Virus record (IMG/VR): IMGVR_UViG_3300028608_000011
Coordinates: 1-64,000 of that record
Source of the DNA: a virus
DNA: 64,000 bases
Direction: 5' to 3' (one strand)
Positions 5,962 to 16,161 of the stretch are shown one piece after another (within the stretch, counting starts at the first letter, position 1; each line of letters begins with the position of its first letter). A program made the position numbers and the translations under genes. Under the pieces are notes generated by a model. It saw only the letters and a list, made by a program, of their open reading frames with translations, did no database searches and was not told where the DNA came from.

Positions 5962-6578
5962 TGGCTGCTCGAATCACACCCCCACAGCTGACTGTCGGCC
6001 CGGGCGATCCAGGCTGGGATGCACCGGAAGAAGAGATGGCGCCGGACAGCGCGCACCCGGACAACTATCGGCCGATGGCCAGGCCTATTGAGGTGACCAA
6101 CCTGGCTTCGCTGAAGTGGGCTGACCGTGAGGCGTTCGACGCCATTGAGTTGATCTGCACCCAGCTGAAATACGACATGCTGCCGGAGGAGATCCAGCTG
6201 CACATCATCGAGTCCATGTCGGCGAGCACAAAGCGCGCACTGGTCTCGCAGATGGCTGGGCTGGATGCCTCGGTGCTGGTGACGTTCAAGCAGCAGCTGG
6301 CGCTGATCGACGCGGTGTGCGCGCGCGTGGTGAGCCCAGACGGTACGCCGAAGAACAACCACGGTCTGGACATCGGCGTGAAGGACGCGCTGAATATGTC
6401 CATGAAGGTGATCAGCATGCTGGTCAAGGATCTGCCGAAGGTCATCACCCTGGCGCGCGTGCAGCGGCTGGAGATGAGCCTGATGAAGGTTGTCGAGTCG
6501 CTGCCACGCGACAAACAGGACGAGGTGCTTCTGCTCCTCGAGGAAGAAGAACGCAAGGCCGTGAGGGAAGCGAAATGA
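5961..6578 (+). CDS. putative terminase small subunit
   Basis: helical 205-aa protein upstream of TerL; function by position only. Confidence 0.45.
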   Translation: MAARITPPQLTVGPGDPGWDAPEEEMAPDSAHPDNYRPMARPIEVTNLASLKWADREAFDAIELICTQLKYDMLPEEIQLHIIESMSASTKRALVSQMAGLDASVLVTFKQQLALIDAVCARVVSPDGTPKNNHGLDIGVKDALNMSMKVISMLVKDLPKVITLARVQRLEMSLMKVVESLPRDKQDEVLLLLEEEERKAVREAK

Positions 6579-7129
6579 AAAGCCTGCGGTGGAACCCTTT
6601 TGCGATGTGGTCTGATCACTGCGCTCTGGTTGAGCGTCTGGCAAAGCTGGAAGACCAGGTTGAGCGGCTGGAGAAGGCCGCGCTCGACCACGCCACCATT
6701 ACCAGCCACGAACTGTTCAAACTGAAGAACCCATGGTACGGCTCTACTGTCGAGAAACCACTGACTCCAGAGCAGGAAGATATTGTCAAAATCTTCATGG
6801 AAAACAGAAAGTTACCCGAAGAAATTCGACGTGGTTTTGCCTCTGGTGGGTACTTCAATCGGAAGGCGGAAGGTCGGTTCGGCGAGGTGCCGTCGGAGCA
6901 GGTGCGCGCGACTGATGCGCAGTACGACGGCACGCCTTACGCGGTGTGCAACACTCCCGATGGGGAGCTGCCAGACGTCAGCTTTGAGGATTTGCGAAAG
7001 GCCATAAGTGAGATCTCGGCGCCGCGGCCGTACCCGGGGCATTCCTTCCGCCACCCTCAGCTGGAGCTGCCTCGACGCGCTAACCTATCCGGCATCCGCG
7101 ATCCCCAGCCACCGCGCCGACCACAGTAA
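6575..7129 (+). CDS. hypothetical protein (184 aa)
   Basis: ATGA overlap with the upstream gene; start MKSLRWNP. Confidence 0.65.
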   Translation: MKSLRWNPFAMWSDHCALVERLAKLEDQVERLEKAALDHATITSHELFKLKNPWYGSTVEKPLTPEQEDIVKIFMENRKLPEEIRRGFASGGYFNRKAEGRFGEVPSEQVRATDAQYDGTPYAVCNTPDGELPDVSFEDLRKAISEISAPRPYPGHSFRHPQLELPRRANLSGIRDPQPPRRPQ

Positions 7130-7139
7130 GGAGCAACAC

Positions 7140-8924
7140 TTGAGCAACCATGGATCGGTAGCAGAACGGTTCCGCATGGCCCTCAGCCGCGAAGAGGGCA
7201 TGAAGGAACTGGATCAGACCATCTTGAAGTACGGGTATGTCGAGGGAGAGCCTTTCTCCTTCGACGACCACGAATTCCAGATCGAGATCGTGCGCGATAC
7301 TTCGCAGCGCATCGACGTGCGCAAGTGCTCGCAGGTCGGGCTGACCGAGATGATGGTGCAGAAGACCCTGGCGATCCTCGCGGTGATGAAGAACATCCGG
7401 GTGATGTTCAGCCAGCCGACCAAGGAGATGGCCGGCAAGTTCTCCAAAGACCGGATCGATGGCGCGGTGGAGCAGAGCGAGTTCTACTCGGGGCTGGTGA
7501 AGGCCGGCTCCGACGCCGCGGGCATGAAAAAGATCGGCCGCAATTTCCTCTACATCATCGGCACCTACGGCGCCAACTCGGCGATTTCCGTACCGGCCGA
7601 GATGATCATCTCCGACGAAACCGACTTCTCCAACGAGGTAGTCCTCGGCAAGCTGAACTCCCGTATCCGTCACGCCAAGACCGTCGATGAGCAGGGCAAC
7701 CGAGGCTACCGCTACCGGTTCTCGACACCGACAGTGGACGGCTTCGGTATCGACGTGGGCTTCCAGGCCGGCGATCAGCGCTACTACATGTGCAAGTGCG
7801 AGCACTGCGAGACTTGGGTCAACCCAACCTTCCTAGAGGACATGATCCTGCCCGGCTGGGACAAGTCGCTGCTGGAGTTCGGCCGGGACAATCTCGACGA
7901 TGAGCGAATTGACATCCAGTCGGCATGGATGCGCTGCCCATCCTGTCACAAGGATCTGTGGCCATCGCTGGTGAACCCGGCGCGGCGCCAGTGGGTGGCG
8001 AAGAAGCCTGACAACTGGAACCACAGCTACCAGGTCAACCCGTGGGACGTGCCCAAGTACAACACGCCGCCGAACATCTTCGCGCAGTTCGAGGCCTACC
8101 CGCTCAAGTCCGACTTCTTCAACTTCGTACTGGGGCTGCCGTTCTCCGACGCCGAGAACAGCTTCATCGTCACCAACGAGCACCGGGCCAAGACCTGTGA
8201 CGTTGACCTGTGGATCTTCAACCAGTGCATCATCCCGTGCGGCACCGTCGGCGGGATGGACGTCGGCAAGATCCTGCACTTTGTGGTGAAGGTGAAAGTG
8301 CCTGGCGGTTGGCATGTGGTGTGGATGGAGAAGATCGCCAACACCAAGAGCGACCCGGCCTTCGAAAAGGTGCTTGAGCGCTACGACTTTTTCAACATGC
8401 GCAAGCTGTGCATCGACGCCGGCCCCGACATCACGCTGGTGAACATGCTGGTGATGGCGCGCAGCGGCATTCAGGCCGTGGTCTACGTCAGCAACCTGCA
8501 AGGCTTCCTGCCCATCGTCGAGAAGACCGAGGGCGAGGTGATCAACGCTGACCGGACGAAGACCCTGACCCTGCTGCTGAACCAGCACAACTCCGGGGAA
8601 TGCCACTACCCGCACCGGGATGACTTGAAGATCGAGCTGTTCAAGCACCTGGAGACCACCAAGAAAGTGCGCGAGCGCGGGATTGACGGCAACATCACCG
8701 AGAAATTCATCAAGACCGACAAGCAGGATCACTGGGTGCACGCGCTGAACTACGCGAACATCGCGGCGATCGCCTGCGAGCAGTTCGAGGATCACAGCGT
8801 GGTCGGCGTGCTGCCAGGCACTGCTGCGGTGCGGATGGGCAGCGCGGTGAAGGAAAAGACTGAGCATGTCGAGCCAAGCCCTATTCTTGTCGGGATGTTC
8901 GGGTTTGCTGGTAGACGCAGATAA
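7140..8924 (+). CDS. terL: terminase large subunit (lambda GpA-like)
   Basis: TTG start after SD AAGGAG; Walker A RKCSQVGLTE, Walker B IISDE, FSTPT motif, two CxxC pairs, GMDVG nuclease motif, DHWVHA. Confidence 0.9.
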   Translation: MSNHGSVAERFRMALSREEGMKELDQTILKYGYVEGEPFSFDDHEFQIEIVRDTSQRIDVRKCSQVGLTEMMVQKTLAILAVMKNIRVMFSQPTKEMAGKFSKDRIDGAVEQSEFYSGLVKAGSDAAGMKKIGRNFLYIIGTYGANSAISVPAEMIISDETDFSNEVVLGKLNSRIRHAKTVDEQGNRGYRYRFSTPTVDGFGIDVGFQAGDQRYYMCKCEHCETWVNPTFLEDMILPGWDKSLLEFGRDNLDDERIDIQSAWMRCPSCHKDLWPSLVNPARRQWVAKKPDNWNHSYQVNPWDVPKYNTPPNIFAQFEAYPLKSDFFNFVLGLPFSDAENSFIVTNEHRAKTCDVDLWIFNQCIIPCGTVGGMDVGKILHFVVKVKVPGGWHVVWMEKIANTKSDPAFEKVLERYDFFNMRKLCIDAGPDITLVNMLVMARSGIQAVVYVSNLQGFLPIVEKTEGEVINADRTKTLTLLLNQHNSGECHYPHRDDLKIELFKHLETTKKVRERGIDGNITEKFIKTDKQDHWVHALNYANIAAIACEQFEDHSVVGVLPGTAAVRMGSAVKEKTEHVEPSPILVGMFGFAGRRR

Positions 8925-8944
8925 CCCGCTGTTTAGCGGGTTAT
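8921..8944. promoter_or_regulatory. palindrome containing the recurrent 16-bp motif, upstream of the portal gene
   Basis: ATAACCCGCT-GTTT-AGCGGGTTAT. Confidence 0.55.
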
Positions 8945-9048
8945 CCCACAGCCCTTAAAGTAGATTCTCAAGGGCCGTGCAAAGAACCCTTGTAATTCAG
9001 GCCATTGGCCAACTAAACTCGCGCCATCTCTAGGGAAGACGATACGGC

Positions 9049-10512
9049 ATGGCTACCAAGCAGACACCGGGAAGCAAAGGATCGAGGTACGCCGCGACGG
9101 GTGCCGACGTTATCTTGCCGACCCGGAATCTCGCTGGTGCCGCCCGCGCCAAACGCCCCGGCTCCGAGCTGAAAAAGGGCGACTCCATCCAGAACACGTT
9201 GAAGACGTTCAACCAGAACGCGATCAACAACATCAGCTCCCGCACCGACGTCAACGAAATCATCCGCTTGCTCATCCGTGAAGACGGCATGTTCAGCTCG
9301 GCGGCGAACTCGATGGCGGCGATCTCCGTGGGTGCCGGTTACCGACTTGCCGGCTATGACGCCACGGGCATGATGTCCACGGAAGTCATGGGCGTGGCCT
9401 ACACGATCATGGATCGATTCTCGACACTGCATGACTACAGCAAGGGCTACAACGACAAGCCAGGAATGCAATCGCTGTTGTCGAGTATTCAAATGGACGT
9501 CGTCACAACAGGGGGTTGTGGCCTTGAGCTGGTGCTGGACAAGGAGTTCGGCGCGGAGCGTCTGGTGCCCATCGGGTACGGGACGGTGCAGTGGGAGGCG
9601 GATGGCCAGGGAGGGCGCTACCCAACTCAGGACGGCGGCGACATCAAGCTGAACATCCCGACGGTGTTCGTCGCCGAGCACAACCGCAATCCCGACGAGG
9701 CCTACTCGGTCAGCTTGCTGCGCCCGGGCCTGTCGCAGGTCATCAACTTCAACGGATTCATCGAAGACATGCACCGGGCGCTGAACCGCACCGGGCACAG
9801 CCGACTGATCGCGACCATCATCAGCGAAAAAATCAGCAAGGCGGCGGATGAGAAGACCCGCAACGACCCGAAGAAAATGGGCGCGTTGTTCGACCAGGTG
9901 CGGCAGGAAGTGATGGATGCGCTGGCAGGTCTTGAGCCGGAAGATTCGGTGGTGACCTACGACAGCGTCGTATACGACGTGAAGGACACCGGCGGCAACA
10001 AGGCCGACTACAGCTCGATGCTGACCACCCTCGGCAACATGCTCGGCGCATCGCTGAAGACCCCGGCCTCGGTATCGGGGCTTCGCGCATCGGGCGGCCA
10101 AGGCCTGTCGAACGCCGAGACCTTGATCTACCTGCAGGTCGTGCAGGGCACCCGCCCGCCGGCTGAAGAGGTGATGTCCCGGGCGCTGACTCTCGCCTGC
10201 CGACTCCAAGGGATTGACGGCTACGTCGCGTTCGAATTCAACCCGATCAACCTGCGTCCAGACATTGAGCTGGAAGCCTATCTTGGCACCCGCCAGAAGC
10301 GCGTGCTGGAACTGCTGAGCTGGGGTGTGATCAACGAGGCCCACGCATGCTGGGAACTCGGGATCCGCCCGCAAGGCCTTAAAGCGCTGCTGGCTGGCAC
10401 GCAGTTCTATACCAAGAGCGGCTCCGACGCGACCGCAACCGATCGCACATCTTCCACCGGCGCGGCACTGGCGCCAGACACCCCGGCTCAGACCGGCGGT
10501 GCAGATCAATAA
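9049..10512 (+). CDS. portal protein
   Basis: 487 aa between TerL and the head protease; size and synteny. Confidence 0.8.
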   Translation: MATKQTPGSKGSRYAATGADVILPTRNLAGAARAKRPGSELKKGDSIQNTLKTFNQNAINNISSRTDVNEIIRLLIREDGMFSSAANSMAAISVGAGYRLAGYDATGMMSTEVMGVAYTIMDRFSTLHDYSKGYNDKPGMQSLLSSIQMDVVTTGGCGLELVLDKEFGAERLVPIGYGTVQWEADGQGGRYPTQDGGDIKLNIPTVFVAEHNRNPDEAYSVSLLRPGLSQVINFNGFIEDMHRALNRTGHSRLIATIISEKISKAADEKTRNDPKKMGALFDQVRQEVMDALAGLEPEDSVVTYDSVVYDVKDTGGNKADYSSMLTTLGNMLGASLKTPASVSGLRASGGQGLSNAETLIYLQVVQGTRPPAEEVMSRALTLACRLQGIDGYVAFEFNPINLRPDIELEAYLGTRQKRVLELLSWGVINEAHACWELGIRPQGLKALLAGTQFYTKSGSDATATDRTSSTGAALAPDTPAQTGGADQ

Positions 10513-10522
10513 GGGGCCTGGC

Positions 10523-12001
10523 ATGACCGTTGAAATTTGGCTGGGCACTGAGAAGGCCTTCAACAAGTTCAGCAGCTTCGAGCTGAAGTACACCTTCGAC
10601 AAGGAGGCCTACTCCAGCTACCCGTATGACGATGATCCTGAAGAGATCTGCCCAGTATTTGGTGTAGATATCACCCGCAAGGGCTTGTATCTTCTGGAAA
10701 AAGTAGGTGAAACTCCGGTACTGAAAATTCATGGTTCGCTGGTGCCGTCGTACCGCCGCTACCACCGCTGGTTCCCGGGCGAGGTCACCAGCTACGAGGC
10801 GATCAACGACGCTCTGGCGATCCTTTCGGAAGGCGGCTACACCGACGTCGTGCTGGATCACAACAGCGGCGGTGGCGCGGTCAGCGGGCTGAACACCGTG
10901 ACCGAGTACATGGATCGGCTGCAGGGCGAAGGGATGAACTTCCGAGCGCACACCGACAGTGCATCGTTCTCGGCTAGCTACTGGATCATGTCCAGCGCCA
11001 ACCAGGTCACTGCCAGCAAGATGGCTGAAGTGGGCTCGATCGGCGTGATCGCCGTGGTGCGCACCTACGCCAACACCGAAGAAAACTTCGGCGTCAAATT
11101 CACCGTCCTCAAGGAGGGTGAGTTCAAGGCGGTTGGCAACCCGTATGAAGAGCTGAGTGAAGCCGACAAGAAGTACCTGCAGGACAACCTGAAGGAGACC
11201 AATGCGTTCTTCCTCAACCACATTTCCGTTCAGCGCGCCCTGAGTCTCGACGACTACAAGGACTGGGCTGACGGTAAAACCTTTTTCGCAGCGAAAGCCG
11301 TGAAAAATGGGCTGGTCGACAGGATTACTACTCTGAACGACCTGATCGACCGCGGCGCGTCCGCACAAACCACTGGCGATAGAAGGAAATTCGAGATGAA
11401 GATCTCCGAAGCAAAACTCGCTCAGATTGAAGCGGGCGCGGCTCCAAAAGACGTGCTCACCAAAGCTGAGTTGGTGCAGTACGAAAAGGACATGGCTGTG
11501 CTGCAGGAGGCTGCCGACAAGGAAGCTGCTGCGCAGAAGGAACTGGACGACGCTGAAGCTGAGCGCCTGGCCAAAGAAGCCAAGGAAAAAGGCACCGGCG
11601 TGCAAGACGAACCAGTAGAGACTGCTGGCTTCGACGCCAAGGCGCTGTCCAACGCTCTGAAAGAAAACGGCAAGCTGGAAGGCAAGGTTGAAGACCTGAC
11701 CGACCGCCTGGCCAAGGCTGAAACCGCGCTGACTGAAGCCAAGAACCAGACCGGCAGTTTGCTGGTGGTGGCGCAGCACGCGATCAAGAAACTGCAGGTG
11801 GCCACTGGCAGCCCGCAGGTTGAAAAGGCCAGCGCCGGTGAAATCCTGGAGCAGTTCAACGAACTGCAGACCAAGATGGCCAGCCTGTTCAAAACGGATC
11901 GGCAGTCTTCCGCAGAACCTGTGGAAGAACCGAAAACTGAGTTGTCCGCGGACTTCCGCAGCAAGGTCACTCAACTCAACGCCAGCAAACAGAAACGCTA
12001 A
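10523..12001 (+). CDS. S49 (ClpP/SppA-like) head maturation protease with C-terminal scaffold region
   Basis: NSGGG, SASYWIMS, EVGSIGV, GLVD motifs; coiled-coil C-terminus; SD AAGGGG. Confidence 0.88.
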   Translation: MTVEIWLGTEKAFNKFSSFELKYTFDKEAYSSYPYDDDPEEICPVFGVDITRKGLYLLEKVGETPVLKIHGSLVPSYRRYHRWFPGEVTSYEAINDALAILSEGGYTDVVLDHNSGGGAVSGLNTVTEYMDRLQGEGMNFRAHTDSASFSASYWIMSSANQVTASKMAEVGSIGVIAVVRTYANTEENFGVKFTVLKEGEFKAVGNPYEELSEADKKYLQDNLKETNAFFLNHISVQRALSLDDYKDWADGKTFFAAKAVKNGLVDRITTLNDLIDRGASAQTTGDRRKFEMKISEAKLAQIEAGAAPKDVLTKAELVQYEKDMAVLQEAADKEAAAQKELDDAEAERLAKEAKEKGTGVQDEPVETAGFDAKALSNALKENGKLEGKVEDLTDRLAKAETALTEAKNQTGSLLVVAQHAIKKLQVATGSPQVEKASAGEILEQFNELQTKMASLFKTDRQSSAEPVEEPKTELSADFRSKVTQLNASKQKR

Positions 12002-12013
12002 GGGGAAGCCATC

Positions 12014-12469
12014 ATGGTCGACTTCGTATACGCAGAATTGACTCAGTCCCCAGAGCGACTGAACGTCATCACCACCAAACTCGGCACTGCTGCTGGTCAG
12101 CTGTACACCGACAAGGACATCAACAAAGCCGTGAAGATGGGCGCGGTGTCGAACTACTCGCTCTGCGCCGATGGCGATGAGCTGGAAGGCTTCATCGACA
12201 ACATCGACGGCGGCCCTACTGCGGGTGGCTTCATCGTTGGCGGTGTTAAGCGCGGCGGTTCCGGCCTGCGTGTTCGTGCTACCGTGGCCGCCGGCGTGGC
12301 GACCCCGCTGGTCGTCAAGGATCAGGTTGTGGCTGGCGCTCAGCTGCCCCTCGGCACCAAGGGCCTGGCCCAGGTGAAGAAAGGCACCCCGGAGCTGTAC
12401 AAGTACCAGGTCATCCGCCTGTACGGTAACGGCTCGGCCGGCACCGACGTTCTCCTGGAACGAATCTAA
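12014..12469 (+). CDS. head decoration protein
   Basis: 151-aa Gly/Val-rich beta protein immediately before the capsid gene. Confidence 0.65.
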   Translation: MVDFVYAELTQSPERLNVITTKLGTAAGQLYTDKDINKAVKMGAVSNYSLCADGDELEGFIDNIDGGPTAGGFIVGGVKRGGSGLRVRATVAAGVATPLVVKDQVVAGAQLPLGTKGLAQVKKGTPELYKYQVIRLYGNGSAGTDVLLERI

Positions 12470-12514
12470 GGCTAAACGCCTTAGATTTCAGCCTCTTATC
12501 AAGGAATCGATAGC

Positions 12515-13693
12515 ATGAAATGCGAATTGAAATATGTAGCGAACGTCAACGGCCAGCAAGTCCAGAAGACCCTGGAGGCCGACGTCGAGCTGTACAAACA
12601 AGCCGCGGCCCAAGGCATGGATCTGCGCCAGTACATTCGTACTCGCGCTGCTGACTTCGACGTCACCATGGGTGACCCGATTGACCAGATGATGACCAAC
12701 GCCGGCATGATGGACGGCGAGAGCCGCACCGGCCCGGCGTTGACCATGGCTCAACTGGCGGGTATGACCCAGGCTGAAGGTTTCCGCCGTCCTGACGGCT
12801 CCGACGGCTCCCTCGGTGCGCGTCTGCTGTACCCTCAGCTGATCCTGGAAACCATGAACGCCAACGTCCTGCGCGACGACGGCTCGGACTTCCTGTCGAT
12901 CTGGGAAGGCATCATTGCTACCAGCCGTAACATCAACGGCCAGATGGCTCAGCAGCCAATCATCGATACTTCGGCGCCGGAAGGCAGCCGTAGCGGTCGT
13001 ATCGCTCAGCTGGCTGAACCGGAAACCATGGTTTCCATCACCACTGGCCAGCGTTCGTACAAAATCCCGACCAACTCGATCGGTCTGCTGATTGCGAACG
13101 ACGCGATGGCTGCAACCACCATCGACATCGTCCGTATCGTCATGGAAGCGCAGTCGCGCGGTGACAAGATCCGCCGTGTCGGCGAGCAGTTCAAGTCCAT
13201 GGTTCTGGGTGATGCTGACCTGGGTATGGAAGCACTGCAGATCCTCAAAGCTGGCGACTTCGACTCTGCCATCACCACTGACGGCGTGATCACCAAGAAG
13301 GCCTACATCAAGTGGCTGTTCGAGAACCAGTCGACCGCCAACATCACCCGTGTCTTCACCGACATCGACTCGGCGCTGGCAGTTGACGACGGCCTGGCGC
13401 CGAAGCACACCGGCACCGACAACTCGAAGATCGGCACTCCGTGGGGCGGCATGAATCTGGGTCTGACCCAGCCGCTGGTGACCCCGGTCAAAGCGGACGT
13501 TTTCGGCGCCGGTCTGCTGGTCGGCCTTGACCCACGCTACGCAATCCAGCGTTTCGTGAACATCTCGGCTGCTTACGACGCCATCGAAAACTTCGTGATG
13601 CGCAAAGCCACTGGCTTCCGCGTCGACTATGGCGAAATGGCAACTCGTCTGCACGACGAAGCCTGGTCGGTGCTGAGCCTGGAAGCGGCTTAA
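12515..13693 (+). CDS. major capsid protein
   Basis: 392 aa, strong SD, highly biased codons, followed by a terminator; synteny. Confidence 0.85.
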   Translation: MKCELKYVANVNGQQVQKTLEADVELYKQAAAQGMDLRQYIRTRAADFDVTMGDPIDQMMTNAGMMDGESRTGPALTMAQLAGMTQAEGFRRPDGSDGSLGARLLYPQLILETMNANVLRDDGSDFLSIWEGIIATSRNINGQMAQQPIIDTSAPEGSRSGRIAQLAEPETMVSITTGQRSYKIPTNSIGLLIANDAMAATTIDIVRIVMEAQSRGDKIRRVGEQFKSMVLGDADLGMEALQILKAGDFDSAITTDGVITKKAYIKWLFENQSTANITRVFTDIDSALAVDDGLAPKHTGTDNSKIGTPWGGMNLGLTQPLVTPVKADVFGAGLLVGLDPRYAIQRFVNISAAYDAIENFVMRKATGFRVDYGEMATRLHDEAWSVLSLEAA

Positions 13694-13702
13694 GCATCAA
13701 CT

Positions 13703-13734
13703 GAAAGGCCGCTCCGGCGGCCTTTCTTCCCTTT
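13703..13734 (+). terminator. terminator after the capsid gene
   Basis: GAAAGGCCGC-TCCG-GCGGCCTTTC followed by a pyrimidine tract. Confidence 0.75.
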
Positions 13735-13758
13735 GAACGCAGCTGGAGATTGACGATC

Positions 13759-14256
13759 ATGGCACTGAAAAAAGGCGACAACGAAAAAGAACCTACCGCT
13801 GAAGAGCTGGAAGCACAGCGCGTAGCCGACGCCAAAGCGGAAGAAGACCGCCTGGCACAAGAAAAACTCGACCAGAAAAACCGTGAAGACGAAGCCGCGC
13901 GCGTCGAAGAAGAGCGCTTGGCCAGAATCGAAGCGGACAAAAAACTGGAAGAAGAAAAGGCTCAGACCGAGCGCGACGAAAAGGAACAAGCCCGCTTGGC
14001 TCTTGAAAAAGAAGAGTCGGACAAGCGCGCTGAATCCGAGCGTCAGCGCCTGGCTCAAGAAGCTGAAGTTGCTCGTGCGGCCGGCAAGCGCCCACTGGAA
14101 AAAACCCTGGTTCTGGTTGAAAGCCTGACCTTCTCTGATCTGCGCCAGCCGTCTACCGGCACCTGGATCAAGGGCAAAGGCGAAGAGCACCTGCTGAATG
14201 ACGGCTGGCTGCAAAACCAGGTCAACTCCAAGCTGCTGAAAATCATCTCGGAGTAA
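13759..14256 (+). CDS. hypothetical protein, Glu/Lys-rich coiled coil plus small C-terminal domain
   Basis: SD GGAG; lies between the capsid and adaptor genes. Confidence 0.7.
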   Translation: MALKKGDNEKEPTAEELEAQRVADAKAEEDRLAQEKLDQKNREDEAARVEEERLARIEADKKLEEEKAQTERDEKEQARLALEKEESDKRAESERQRLAQEAEVARAAGKRPLEKTLVLVESLTFSDLRQPSTGTWIKGKGEEHLLNDGWLQNQVNSKLLKIISE

Positions 14257-14261
14257 CACCA

Positions 14262-14747
14262 ATGCCCTACTTCGACCTGACCACCACCGTGCAGATCCTA
14301 GCAGTGCTGACCGTGGATGACACGGACATCGACGCTGAGAAGCTCGAAGCGCAGGGGTTGGAAGACGACCTCGGCGCGGCGCTGGACAAGGCTCTGCCCG
14401 GTGAGTGGGAAGGTATCGCCGATGAAACAGGGGTAAAGTTCACGGCGGCCCGTAAGCGCAAGCTCAAGCTTATGGCGAAGTATTTCTGCGCTGGAGTCGT
14501 GGCCAGGATGGCTCAGGTGTTCATCCTCAAGAAGGACACCGACGGCTCCAACGAGGGGCAGCGCAGCGACAAGGACGGCTGGCTTTGGATGTCAGATCGT
14601 CTGCTGGAAACGGCGGACGGCCACCTGACTGACTTGCTCGAGGATCTGCAATTGGTTCCAGAAGCGTCTATGCCGTTTACCGTGTTCTCGCGGGTCATCC
14701 CAACTCGTGATCCGATCACTACCCCGCGCGCTGAGACTACAGGATGA
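14262..14747 (+). CDS. head-tail adaptor (putative)
   Basis: helical 161 aa; synteny. Confidence 0.6.
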   Translation: MPYFDLTTTVQILAVLTVDDTDIDAEKLEAQGLEDDLGAALDKALPGEWEGIADETGVKFTAARKRKLKLMAKYFCAGVVARMAQVFILKKDTDGSNEGQRSDKDGWLWMSDRLLETADGHLTDLLEDLQLVPEASMPFTVFSRVIPTRDPITTPRAETTG

Positions 14748-15655
14748 AACTGAAGAAGATCGCTCTCAAGTACGCCGATGAGCCGATGGAAGCCTGGGAT
14801 CCGCTGACGGAGACCTGGGTGCCTGGCGCATTCATCGGGCGCATTGATCTGACCGATCGCTTCCTCAGCAACTTCAACAAGCCGACCCGGCGCCGCATGC
14901 TGTTCACAGACAGCAACGTGGTGTTTCCGGAAAGCCTGACCTTCCGCCACCCCGGCACCAAGGACGTGTACATCCTCGGCACCACCCGGAAGGATGCCAG
15001 GCATGGCAAGGAATACCTCGGCCTGACCATTCTGCAGCTTGTCACGGATCTACCCGGCGGCAGCTCAGGATTGGCCACTATCACTCGCAAGGTCGTGCAA
15101 GGCCCACCGGAGAACCCGGGCTGGCTAGTCGACACGGTCTTCGCAAAATGCTTCATGGACACCGAGTTCCTCAGCAGTACCGATGAAGTCGAAACCACCG
15201 ATCTGCGGATCGAGCGCTACAACGCCTACCTGCCGCTGAACATCCAGCCGCAGGAGTGGGACTTCATAACCATGCACAACGTCCAGTACCGCGTGCTCGA
15301 TACCTTCGCCGACTCTGGCTTCTTTGCCCTGCGCATTGACCACGAGGGCGATTACCGCAGCGACTTCGTTTTGCATGTTGGCGGCAAGCGGGTAATGAAC
15401 AACACCACCCACCAGTGGGAGGGCGGCCAGCAGTCCTACAACGTCACAGGAGTGATGGAGCGCGCTACCGAGGCTGCCCTTTGGGCCACGGATACCCAGA
15501 CCTACCGGACAGTGTATTTTGAGCGTGAGCATTTGCCCTTTGGCATTGACTTGACGGGTAAAGACGTCTGGCTGGAACTCAATGGCCTGAAGCGGCAAGT
15601 TAAAGCTGTTTCTACTCAATCGGGCGAGCGGCAGTACACCTTGAGGGTTCTGTAA
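14744..15655 (+). CDS. head closure / neck protein (putative)
   Basis: beta-rich 303 aa; ATGA overlap; synteny. Confidence 0.55.
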   Translation: MKLKKIALKYADEPMEAWDPLTETWVPGAFIGRIDLTDRFLSNFNKPTRRRMLFTDSNVVFPESLTFRHPGTKDVYILGTTRKDARHGKEYLGLTILQLVTDLPGGSSGLATITRKVVQGPPENPGWLVDTVFAKCFMDTEFLSSTDEVETTDLRIERYNAYLPLNIQPQEWDFITMHNVQYRVLDTFADSGFFALRIDHEGDYRSDFVLHVGGKRVMNNTTHQWEGGQQSYNVTGVMERATEAALWATDTQTYRTVYFEREHLPFGIDLTGKDVWLELNGLKRQVKAVSTQSGERQYTLRVL

Positions 15656-16161
15656 TGGGCAAGTTCGCCAAGCAGGCGAACGAACTCAGCGTTGATCTCG
15701 GTGCGCTGTTCAGCCGGGCTATACGCCAGGCAGTGATGGCAGGGTTGGTGATGGCACTGCAGGTGACAAAGCACGACTCGTCGAACGCCGCAGTGCACTG
15801 GCAAGTGGCTGCAAAAGGGCGGAGTCGTCCCGCATCACGGCGCTATGGCCAGCTGCGAGATCTGCGTGAGACATCGACCCGGCCCGGTGTACCACCGGTA
15901 GGTCGAAGGAGGGATGCGGGGAAGAACGCAAAGCTGGCCGAGCGCTTTGTCCGGGACAAGGAGCTGAGAGAAGTTGTAGAGAAACTGGTGGCGGGCCGCA
16001 GTCCGGAGACCGTGTTCTACTTCTTCAACGCGATCGACCCGGGCAGTGAGTACGGCCACAATGCCAACATCGAAGATGCCGGCCGCGCCGCTGTCGAAGA
16101 GGTGCGAAGGATCTTCGAAAACAGGATGGCTGCAGGCCAGGTAAGGAAGAGCTACCGATGA
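15655..16161 (+). CDS. tail completion / neck protein (putative)
   Basis: basic protein with TKHDSSNAAVHW (TPVDTG..R.NW-like); synteny. Confidence 0.55.
   Translation: MGKFAKQANELSVDLGALFSRAIRQAVMAGLVMALQVTKHDSSNAAVHWQVAAKGRSRPASRRYGQLRDLRETSTRPGVPPVGRRRDAGKNAKLAERFVRDKELREVVEKLVAGRSPETVFYFFNAIDPGSEYGHNANIEDAGRAAVEEVRRIFENRMAAGQVRKSYR

Noticed and set aside
8941-8950. DnaA box upstream of the portal gene
   Set aside because: TTATCCCACA has an extra base relative to TTATCCACA and is a single isolated copy.
9013-13654. Long antisense ORFs (529, 531, 388 aa) opposite the portal, protease and capsid genes, and similar ones across the window
   Set aside because: Shadow ORFs caused by GC3-biased codon usage on the coding strand; no SD or recognisable motifs.
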